A DNA stretch of 12,219 nucleotides, from the NCBI GenBank assembly GCA_964496415.1, contig CAZBZN010000016.1:1-12219 (forward strand), in the 5' to 3' direction. The notes under the pieces are model-generated. The model saw only the letters and a program-made list of their open reading frames with translations, searched no databases and was not told where the DNA came from. Of the stretch, positions 1 through 7,093 are shown in pieces (position 1 is the stretch's first letter; each line of letters starts with the position of its first letter). This stretch comes from Candidatus Micrarchaeota archaeon. GTDB taxonomy: Archaea; B1Sed10-29; JAJRYS01. The position numbers were made by a program, and so were the translations under genes.

Positions 1-2
1 AT

Positions 3-1202
3 ATACGGCAAAACATTGACCTTGCAGTGATAGTAATTCCAGCTGAGAAAGTCCCACACGCATTGAAAGAGTGTGTTGAGAAAAAAGTAAAAGCAGTAGT
101 AATAATATCCAGTGGGTTCAGTGAAATCGGTAATGAAAAACTTGAAGAAGAATTAAGGCAAATAATTAAGGGAAGTGATACAAGAGTAATTGGGCCTAAT
201 TGCCTTGGAGTGTTTGACTCAAGGACAAGAGTCAACTCTTTGTTCCTTCCTAAAGAAAAACTACAGACTCCAAGGAGAGGAGGCATAGCATTCATTTCAC
301 AGTCAGGGGCAGTGGGTTCTGTGGTAGTTGACTGGATGGCTCACAAAGGTTATGGGTTGTCAAAATTCATTTCCTATGGAAACGCGGTTGACGTTAATGA
401 AACTGATTTGATAGAATACTTGGCAGAAGACAAAGAAACAAAAGTAATCTGCGTTTACTTGGAAGGAGTGAAAAATGGGAAAAGATTCATGAACGCTGTT
501 AAAAAAACAGTTAAGAAAAAACCAGTAATAGTTCTGAAAGGCGGCAGGACTTCTGAAGGAGCTAAAGCAGTTGCTTCACATACCGGAAGCCTTGCTGGAA
601 ATGATAAGGTTTATGACGCTGCTTTTAAGCAGTCAGGGGCAATAAGAGCAAAACACATGATAGAAATGTTTAACTTTGCAAGAGCAATGGTGGACCAGCC
701 TCTTCCACAAGGAGACAGAATCTTAATAGTGACTAATGGAGGTGGCTTTGGGGTACTTGCAACAGACCAAGCAATACTTAAAAAACTAAAGCTTGCAGAA
801 CTCTCAAAAACCTCAAAACAAAAACTGAAAAAAATACTGCCTTCTTATGCTGAAGTGAAAAACCCATTAGACTTAGTCGGGGATGCTGACGATGAAAGAT
901 ACAGGAAAGCTTTAGAAATAATTGGAAAAGACAAAAACGTGGACGCAGTGCTGTTAATTTTATTGTTTCAGACAGCCCCAATAACTCCTAAAGTAGTTGA
1001 CTACGTGATAAAGTTTTCAAAGAAAAAGAAAAAACCAGTAATAGTATGCTCTGCTGGAGGAGAATACTCAGAAAAACTCATAAAAAAACTTGAAGAAAAC
1101 GATATACCAGTCTTTGACTGCCCAGCAAGAGCAGTTGACGCATTAGACGCGTTAGTAGATTACTCCAACATAAGAAAAGGAAAAGAATGGACTTACGAGT
1201 GA
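3..1202 (+). CDS. acdA: Acetate/acyl-CoA ligase (ADP-forming) alpha subunit, 5'-partial
   Basis: The frame is open to the window edge (IRQNIDLAVIVIPA...), so GTG 27 is internal. Motifs seen: IISSGFSE, RVIGPNCLG, FISQSGA, SYGNAVDVNE, YLEG, LKGGRT, phospho-His motif ASHTGSLAG, TNGGGFGV and NPLDLVGDA. No ATP-grasp beta domain follows. Confidence 0.92.
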   Translation: MRQNIDLAVIVIPAEKVPHALKECVEKKVKAVVIISSGFSEIGNEKLEEELRQIIKGSDTRVIGPNCLGVFDSRTRVNSLFLPKEKLQTPRRGGIAFISQSGAVGSVVVDWMAHKGYGLSKFISYGNAVDVNETDLIEYLAEDKETKVICVYLEGVKNGKRFMNAVKKTVKKKPVIVLKGGRTSEGAKAVASHTGSLAGNDKVYDAAFKQSGAIRAKHMIEMFNFARAMVDQPLPQGDRILIVTNGGGFGVLATDQAILKKLKLAELSKTSKQKLKKILPSYAEVKNPLDLVGDADDERYRKALEIIGKDKNVDAVLLILLFQTAPITPKVVDYVIKFSKKKKKPVIVCSAGGEYSEKLIKKLEENDIPVFDCPARAVDALDALVDYSNIRKGKEWTYE

Positions 1203-1205
1203 TGA

Positions 1206-1661
1206 TTACTTTCTCTTTTTAAGCATAGCTTTTGCTATTTTTTCTTCATGCCCGTATCTTTTTCTAAGGTTTCTTATTTTAGCTGAGAAATGATTAAAAG
1301 CTTTTAAAGCAGCTGCCAACGCGTCTTTTTCATGATTGTTCATCTTCTTTTTAAGCTCTGGGTCAATGTTTCTAAGCAGTTCTTTTTTCTCTGCTACTGA
1401 CAAGTGTTCCTCAGGCTCGAAAAGCAGGCACTTAAAAGCAGCTTTTACTTTCTTAACGCTTTTAGGAGCAGGGTTTCTGTCAGTTGCTATTACTAATGGT
1501 TCTCCGAAAGACTGGATTTCAAAAATCACATCAGCAACTGACAGGTTCTTACCGCTTTCAACTTCTATTATGTTTCCTTCCAAGTCAAGCACTGCTATTC
1601 CAACAGTAGTACCAGGGTCCACTCCCACTATGATGTGCTTGATAAAACCAACCTCCCTCAA
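1206..1661 (-). CDS. DUF460/COG2433-type predicted RNase H-fold nuclease, short stand-alone form
   Basis: IIVGVDPGTTVGIAVLDLEG, VIATD, LSVAEK and NNHEKDALAAALKAF resemble the DUF460 N-terminal domain as recalled. The start is uncertain (TTG 1661 or later). Confidence 0.82.
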   Translation of the reverse strand: MREVGFIKHIIVGVDPGTTVGIAVLDLEGNIIEVESGKNLSVADVIFEIQSFGEPLVIATDRNPAPKSVKKVKAAFKCLLFEPEEHLSVAEKKELLRNIDPELKKKMNNHEKDALAAALKAFNHFSAKIRNLRKRYGHEEKIAKAMLKKRK

Positions 1662-1708
1662 AGTATTTAAACAAAGAACAGGTTATTAAAGACAACAGGT
1701 GACGTTGA
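1662..1708. promoter_or_regulatory. Divergent promoter region with TATA-like boxes and SD
   Basis: TATTTAAA at 1664-1671 preceded by CAAAG; TTATTAAA at 1683-1690 (TTTAATAA on -); SD AGGTGA at 1697-1702, 6 nt before ATG 1709. Confidence 0.55.
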
Positions 1709-2695
1709 ATGAAGCCAGTGATAGAAGTAAGAAGTGTTAGTAAAACGTTTGTGAAGAAAGAAAGAGGAAAAGGACTAAGAGCTTTGTTTCCTAAGAAGAA
1801 GAAAATAAAAGCAGTTGACAATATTTCTTTTGAAATAAAAGAAGGGGAATTCGTTGCTTATGTTGGAGCTAATGGTTCAGGAAAGTCAACTACTATAAAA
1901 ATGCTTTCAGGCATATTAGTTCCTGACAAAGGAGAAGTAAATTGCATTGGTTTTGTTCCTTGGAAGCAAAGGGAAAAATACGTGAAAAACATAGGAATAG
2001 TATTTGGACAAAAATCACTTTTGTTCTGGGACCTTCCTGTAATCGACTCATTATTATTATACAAGGACATTTACGGAGTTTCTGACAAGGAGTTTGAAGA
2101 AAGGCTAGAACTTTATGATAAAATGCTTGGAATTAAAAAACTGCTTGAGCAGAGAGTAAGAAAGCTTAGTTTTGGTGAAAGGATGCGTTGTGAGTTAGCC
2201 GCTTCTCTTCTTCATAAGCCGAAATTACTTTTCCTTGACGAGCCGACAGTTGGAATGGACGTAGTAGCCAAGCAGAGAGTAAGAGAGTTCCTGAAAAAAA
2301 TCAATGAAAAAGAAAAAATCACTATAATCCTCACAACTCATGACATGGGGGATGTTGAGGCATTATGTGAGAGAGTGATCTTGATTGACAAGGGAAAAAT
2401 AATCTATGACGGGGAACTTGAAAACTTGAAAAAGAAGTACTTTCATTTTAAGAGAATCACTGTAAGATACTCAAAAATTAAAGATAAAAAACTAGCTGAA
2501 GAAGGATTGAAAAAAGTAAAAGTAGAAGAACAGGAAGAAGGATTTTGTAAAATGATCATTGACCTAAGAAAACATAAAGTGAAAAAGGTAGTGTCTGACA
2601 TCATGAAAGCAGTTGAAGTAATAGACTTAACAGTAGAAGACCCTGAACTTGAAGAAATAGTAGCTGAAATATACAGGAAGGGAAGAGTAAAATGA
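1709..2695 (+). CDS. ABC-2-type exporter ATP-binding subunit (COG4586-like)
   Basis: Walker A GANGSGKST, Q-loop VFGQKS, signature LSFGERMR, Walker B LLFLDEPT, H-loop TTHDM; SD AGGTGA upstream. Confidence 0.93.
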   Translation: MKPVIEVRSVSKTFVKKERGKGLRALFPKKKKIKAVDNISFEIKEGEFVAYVGANGSGKSTTIKMLSGILVPDKGEVNCIGFVPWKQREKYVKNIGIVFGQKSLLFWDLPVIDSLLLYKDIYGVSDKEFEERLELYDKMLGIKKLLEQRVRKLSFGERMRCELAASLLHKPKLLFLDEPTVGMDVVAKQRVREFLKKINEKEKITIILTTHDMGDVEALCERVILIDKGKIIYDGELENLKKKYFHFKRITVRYSKIKDKKLAEEGLKKVKVEEQEEGFCKMIIDLRKHKVKKVVSDIMKAVEVIDLTVEDPELEEIVAEIYRKGRVK

Positions 2696-3486
2696 AGTAC
2701 TGGAAGCTTTTCAGAAGGTATTTAGTCATAAGGTACAGAAGAATGATAGAGTACAGGGCTTCTTTCTTATTAGGTCTTCTTGGCGGAATCTCTACTCTTA
2801 TTGCTTTTTTCATTTTCTGGGCAGTCATATTCAGCAGAGTAGATTCCATTAATGGTTGGACTTTCCCACAAATCCTTATGCTGCTTGGGTTTTTTTATTT
2901 TGCAATGGGCATTTACTGGGTTTTTTTAATAGGAGCAGAGCATTTTCATGATTCAATAATCTACGGAGACCTTGACACAGTACTGTCAAAACCAGTGAAC
3001 CCAGTGATAAATCAATTATTTTCAAAAATTGACTTTTTCGGACTCATCGACTTTACAAGAGGGGTGTTTTTGCTTTTCTTGTCTTATTTCCTGGGTTTAA
3101 AAATACCATTGATTAACTTCATTTCAGCAGTAGTCATCGCTATTCTTGGAGCAATAGCAATAGGCTTAGCTGTGTTATTCACTAATCTTCTTACTTTTTG
3201 GGTCGGCAGGTCAGAAGCTCTCGTTAGAAGCATTTGGGAGTTAATCTGGGAGCCAAGCGGTTATCCTTTAACAATATTCCCTGTTTTTGCTCAGGCTTTT
3301 TACACTTTTCTTATTCCTTTAATTTTTGTTCAGACTTATCCAGTAATTATAACCACTCAGCAAGTAAGCATAGCGTTAGTAGCAAAGATACTCTTAATGG
3401 AATTATTAGTAATCGGAGCATGGACTGGGGTTTGTTATGTTACTTGGAAAAAAGGACTTGAAAGATATGAGTCTCTTGGTGGTTGA
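2692..3486 (+). CDS. ABC-2 family permease (ABC2_membrane_6/DUF990, COG3694-like)
   Basis: About 6 hydrophobic segments; motifs EYRASF, INGWTF, GDLDTVLSKPVNP, YPLTIFP; C-terminus RYESLGG. ATGA overlap with the ATPase gene. Confidence 0.85.
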   Translation: MKYWKLFRRYLVIRYRRMIEYRASFLLGLLGGISTLIAFFIFWAVIFSRVDSINGWTFPQILMLLGFFYFAMGIYWVFLIGAEHFHDSIIYGDLDTVLSKPVNPVINQLFSKIDFFGLIDFTRGVFLLFLSYFLGLKIPLINFISAVVIAILGAIAIGLAVLFTNLLTFWVGRSEALVRSIWELIWEPSGYPLTIFPVFAQAFYTFLIPLIFVQTYPVIITTQQVSIALVAKILLMELLVIGAWTGVCYVTWKKGLERYESLGG

Positions 3487-4269
3487 ATGAAGAAAGAACT
3501 AAGCCTCATGCTGGTGTCAATGAAGCTTAGAAAAGCTTACTTGTTTGATTTTATAATAGATATTGCAATTTTTCCAGTGTATGCTTTCATAACTTACTTT
3601 CTTTGGAGTACTCTAATCGCTAACGGGTTTCAAATAAACCTCTTAGATATCTTCACTTATTATTGTTTAATGTTCATAGTTGGTGAGGTCTTTTTTTCAG
3701 CAGACCCTTCAGGCGTGATAAGCCAAGATGTCATCCGAGGAACAATCGCCTACAGGCTAGTAAGGCCTATCAGTTACGTCAGTTACTTGTTCTGGAGAAG
3801 GGCTGGAAGAACTGTTCTTAAAACATTAGTCAACCTCTTATTCTTGATTTTAATAATCTTCCTCTTAGGACTAAAAATAACTTGGGAATTGACCACTATT
3901 ACTGCTTTCATGTTCTCATTAATTATTGGCTTTGTCTTAATGTTTTTCGTTTACTTTATGATAGGATTAAGTGCTTTGTGGATTGAGGAAAACTGGGGTT
4001 TGAAGTGGGCTTTCCGTACTTTTGAAAGGTTCTTAGCAGGAACGTGGATTCCCTTGTACTTGCTTCCTGCAAGCGTGCAAGGAGTCATCGGATTCCTTCC
4101 TTTCAAGTACACTGGTTATTTTCAAGTAATGCTTCTTCAAGGAAAAATACCTCTCCAAAGCTTGAGTTATGAATTCCTGCTAATGGCTGTATGGATTATA
4201 GTACTGCTGAGTCTTTCAAAAATAGCATGGAAGATAGGGAGAAAAAGAATTGAAGGTCATGGGGTGTAA
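3487..4269 (+). CDS. ABC-2 family permease (ABC2_membrane_6/DUF990, COG4587-like)
   Basis: About 6 hydrophobic segments; ISQDVIRGTIAYRLVRPISY, FLAGTWIPLYLLP, FLPFKY. The start directly abuts the previous stop, with GGTGG just upstream. Confidence 0.85.
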   Translation: MKKELSLMLVSMKLRKAYLFDFIIDIAIFPVYAFITYFLWSTLIANGFQINLLDIFTYYCLMFIVGEVFFSADPSGVISQDVIRGTIAYRLVRPISYVSYLFWRRAGRTVLKTLVNLLFLILIIFLLGLKITWELTTITAFMFSLIIGFVLMFFVYFMIGLSALWIEENWGLKWAFRTFERFLAGTWIPLYLLPASVQGVIGFLPFKYTGYFQVMLLQGKIPLQSLSYEFLLMAVWIIVLLSLSKIAWKIGRKRIEGHGV

Positions 4270-4301
4270 AGCTTAAAAAGCCATGGTGTTTTATAAGACA
4301 T
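4266..4301 (+). promoter_or_regulatory. Putative BRE/TATA promoter for the surface protein gene, possibly leaderless
   Basis: GTAAAGCTTAAAAAG, with TTAAAAA starting at 4273, 29 nt before ATG 4302; no strong SD directly before the ATG. Confidence 0.4.
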
Positions 4302-5879
4302 ATGAAAATTTCATGGCTGCTGGTCTTGTTGGTTTTGATTAGCATCGGATTAGGAATCCAACCTATTAACGAATGGAACGCTACTATTGACTTCCCTTGC
4401 TCTACTGAGACCACGAGAGCTCAGGCAATTGCGGTTGACTCTAATAATAATGTAATTGTAGCAGGGTATAGTAATTGCGGTCTTGTTCCTGATGAAAAAA
4501 CAGGAACTCCAACTTGGACTTCATTATCTGTCTATGCAGGATTTATAATAAAATATGACAACAGTGGAAATGAATTATGGAATACTACTTTTTACCTTGA
4601 AAGTTCTAATTTTTCATTTTATGATGTTGCTACTGGATCAGATGATGCTATTGTTGCTGTTGGAAGGGGTTATGATGCTTCAACAGGTGACATGGATGGA
4701 TATATTGTAAAATATGATGTTAATGGTAATCCTCTTTGGAATGCCACTGTTCCATCAAGTGTCACGCCTCATAACAACAAGCTTTTTGGAGTTACAGTAG
4801 CCAGTGACATTAATGACACTATTTTTGCAGCAGGAGAATTTGATAATGGCTCCGGGCATGTAGAACCAGGGATAATAAAATATAATTATTCTGGGAGTCT
4901 TTTAAGCAGAACAAATTATAACTTCAGCGGGTTATTTCTTGATATTGATAATGATTCTCAAGATAACCTTATAACATATGGATATGTCCTTCCAAGTCCT
5001 GAAAAGGCAGGCGTGTTTAAGTATAATAATTCAATGGACCCTTTATGGAATGTTACTATCAGCTCTTATAGCAATACTCAACGTGGAACAATCACTTATA
5101 ATGATGTAATAGTAATGGGTTACTATGATTATAACTCAACAGAAGAGAATTACTACTTTAGAACTATAAGATTTGATAGTAATGGAAATCAGTTATCAAA
5201 CTCAACTTATAATTGTTCTACAGAGCCTTATCTTGATGAAACCTATGGTGCAGTATTTACTTTTGACCTAGGCTCTAATAGAAATTACTCAGCAATTGGT
5301 TTTACTAAAAACAACACTAATCATGATGCTGTGTTAATGTATTATAATTCGAGTTTTGGACAGGAATGGAATTACACTTATGACACTGGCAGTGATGACT
5401 ATTTTTTAGCAACTAACGTGGACTATAATAATGATGTAATAATGGCTGCTACAAGTGGAAGTATTACAAAGATTCTCAAACTTTCTACTCCTGATGTTAC
5501 TCCTCCTGTGATTTCTAATGTTCAAGCAGTTAATGTCACAGAACATAATGCAACGATAATCTGGAATACTAACGAACAGGCTAACAGTAGTGTAAAGTAT
5601 GGTGTTAATGCTTCGAATTTAAGCCTTACTGCTTATGATTCTTCTCTTGTGTTAAACCATTCAATAACTCTTACCAACTTGTCAAAAGGCACTACTTATT
5701 ATTATAACGTGACTAGTTGTGATTCTTCAGGTAACTGCGCTGAAGCAGGGCCTTATTCTTTCACTACTTTTGACATAATGCTCATCAAGACAGTAGTAAC
5801 AAGCCCAGAACCAGTAACAAGTTATTTGATAGTGCTTGTCGCTGTAGTCATAGCAAGTATAATTCTTTCTAGGAAATAG
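4302..5879 (+). CDS. Secreted cell-surface glycoprotein: signal peptide, SBBP-like beta-propeller, FN3-like domain, C-terminal membrane anchor
   Basis: Signal peptide MKISWLLVLLVLISIGLG; repeats of the type KYDxxGNxLWNxT; FN3-like region DVTPPVISNV...ATIIWNTNEQANSSVKYG...HSITLTNLSKGTTYYYNVTSCD (about 5493-5769); tail SPEPVTSYLIVLVAVVIASIILSRK; about 26 N-x-S/T sequons by hand count. Confidence 0.82.
   Translation: MKISWLLVLLVLISIGLGIQPINEWNATIDFPCSTETTRAQAIAVDSNNNVIVAGYSNCGLVPDEKTGTPTWTSLSVYAGFIIKYDNSGNELWNTTFYLESSNFSFYDVATGSDDAIVAVGRGYDASTGDMDGYIVKYDVNGNPLWNATVPSSVTPHNNKLFGVTVASDINDTIFAAGEFDNGSGHVEPGIIKYNYSGSLLSRTNYNFSGLFLDIDNDSQDNLITYGYVLPSPEKAGVFKYNNSMDPLWNVTISSYSNTQRGTITYNDVIVMGYYDYNSTEENYYFRTIRFDSNGNQLSNSTYNCSTEPYLDETYGAVFTFDLGSNRNYSAIGFTKNNTNHDAVLMYYNSSFGQEWNYTYDTGSDDYFLATNVDYNNDVIMAATSGSITKILKLSTPDVTPPVISNVQAVNVTEHNATIIWNTNEQANSSVKYGVNASNLSLTAYDSSLVLNHSITLTNLSKGTTYYYNVTSCDSSGNCAEAGPYSFTTFDIMLIKTVVTSPEPVTSYLIVLVAVVIASIILSRK
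4374..5486 (+). repeat. Degenerate protein-level beta-propeller blade repeats (about 7)
   Basis: KYDNSGNELWNTT, KYDVNGNPLWNAT, KYNYSGSLLSRTN, KYNNSMDPLWNVT, RFDSNGNQLSNST and YYNSSFGQEWNYT recur about every 47-58 aa. A final KILKL strand could be completed by the N-terminal NEWNAT. Confidence 0.7.
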
Positions 5880-7089
5880 CTTGTTTTACTTTTTCTTCTA
5901 TCATTTTAAGCACGAGTTCTTGGTTTCCTTCTGAAAGAGGCCCTATTAACTGGCTTGGTTTTATTCCTTCATAGTTTGTCTGGCTTAGTATTTTAAGTAA
6001 GAGTTCTTCTCCTATTTCATCAATGCTCTTTTTTGACTTGTGAAGTTCTCTTAGTTCTTCCACTAGTTTTTTAAGTTCCTGAGCTTCTAGTTCGTTGTCA
6101 ATTGATACTATCATGTCTTTTCTTGACCTGAAGTCTGACAAGTCTATTTGTGAGGGGGTTCTTCCTTCCTGCATTCTTCCCACAAGTTTTATTTTGACTA
6201 ATGGCTTTTTTTCTCCTTTTGGAATAACCTCTAAGTATTCTCTTATCTTTTCTCTTACTTGGACAGGGTCTGCTTTTTCAAAAGAAAACTCCTTAAAGTA
6301 GAAAGGTCTTTGGTTTTCAAGTTCTATGAAATCAAGTTTGAAAGGGTTCGTCTCGATTATGAAAAAGCCTTTTTTTATTTTTGCTTCTCTTTCTTTTTGC
6401 TGGGTTATTATAGTGCTTCCAGCAATCAAAAGCCGTTTGTCTTCATAATACTTGCTCCAGTGAATATGCCCATCAATATATAAGTCAAAACCTTTCGGCA
6501 GGTCTTCTATTGAAATAAAAGAGTCTTCAACGTCGTAAATTTCTTCTTTTAATGACTGGTGAAACATGAAAATGTTAAAAGCGTCTTGAATTGGTTTAGG
6601 ACTCCATTCTTCTAGTTCTTTTTTCACTTCTCTTTCAGGAACTCCACTAAAACCATGCACAGCTACTTTTTCTCCTTGTTTTTCAAACAAAACGTATGAC
6701 TTGTGAAGGTGAATTAAGAATCCTGCTTGGTCTAACAACTCAACAGGGTTAACTAAGCCAAGGCTTCTTTTTTCATGGGTGCCGTGAATTGCTATTACTG
6801 GAATTCCTTTCAAAGCCATTTCACTTGGCTTTCTGCCATTACTGACTTCAACAAGTTTAGCATTGCTTTTTTCAGCAAGTAATGGTTTTTGAAATAGTTT
6901 TAATGCTTTAGCCCACACTTCTTGTCTTGGAGTTCTTGAATCAAAGATATCCCCTGGCATTAGGATCAAGTCTGGTTTTTCTTTTATTGCTTTGTCAAAT
7001 GCTTCTTCTAATGCTTCGAAACAATCTTCTTGCCTGTCTGTTCCAAAAGCATAACCTAAATGAGTGTCAGATATCACTGCTATTTTCAT
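5869..7089 (-). CDS. mre11: DNA double-strand break repair nuclease Mre11 (SbcD/Mre11 metallophosphoesterase)
   Basis: Motifs SDTHLG, GDIFD, HGTHE (variant of GNHD), FHQ, GHIH and AGS, followed by a capping domain and helical C-terminus. Start moved to ATG 7089 (MKIAVISD), preceded by AAGTGATAGA, which overlaps the uppS stop. Confidence 0.88.
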   Translation of the reverse strand: MKIAVISDTHLGYAFGTDRQEDCFEALEEAFDKAIKEKPDLILMPGDIFDSRTPRQEVWAKALKLFQKPLLAEKSNAKLVEVSNGRKPSEMALKGIPVIAIHGTHEKRSLGLVNPVELLDQAGFLIHLHKSYVLFEKQGEKVAVHGFSGVPEREVKKELEEWSPKPIQDAFNIFMFHQSLKEEIYDVEDSFISIEDLPKGFDLYIDGHIHWSKYYEDKRLLIAGSTIITQQKEREAKIKKGFFIIETNPFKLDFIELENQRPFYFKEFSFEKADPVQVREKIREYLEVIPKGEKKPLVKIKLVGRMQEGRTPSQIDLSDFRSRKDMIVSIDNELEAQELKKLVEELRELHKSKKSIDEIGEELLLKILSQTNYEGIKPSQLIGPLSEGNQELVLKMIEEKVKQAIS

Positions 7090-7093
7090 TCTA

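Noticed and set aside
1206..1661. RNase H-fold ORF as a transposase or IS element
   Set aside because: The motifs fit DUF460, no terminal inverted repeats or target duplications were seen, and the gene is packed tightly between ordinary genes.
778..4414. Short alternative ORFs (778-981, 1336-1689, 1585-1821, 1858-2070, 2601-2849, 3234-3461, 4196-4414)
   Set aside because: They lie antisense or out of frame over well-supported genes and show no recognisable motifs; several have the Phe/Ser/Leu-rich composition expected from the antisense of Lys/Glu-rich genes.
4540..5445. DNA repeats in the surface gene (e.g. ATAATGATGTAATA near 5098 and 5428) as CRISPR or DGR template/variable repeats
   Set aside because: They are short, in-frame and explained by protein blade repeats. 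There is no regular spacer pattern, no long adenine-specific mismatch pair and no reverse transcriptase.
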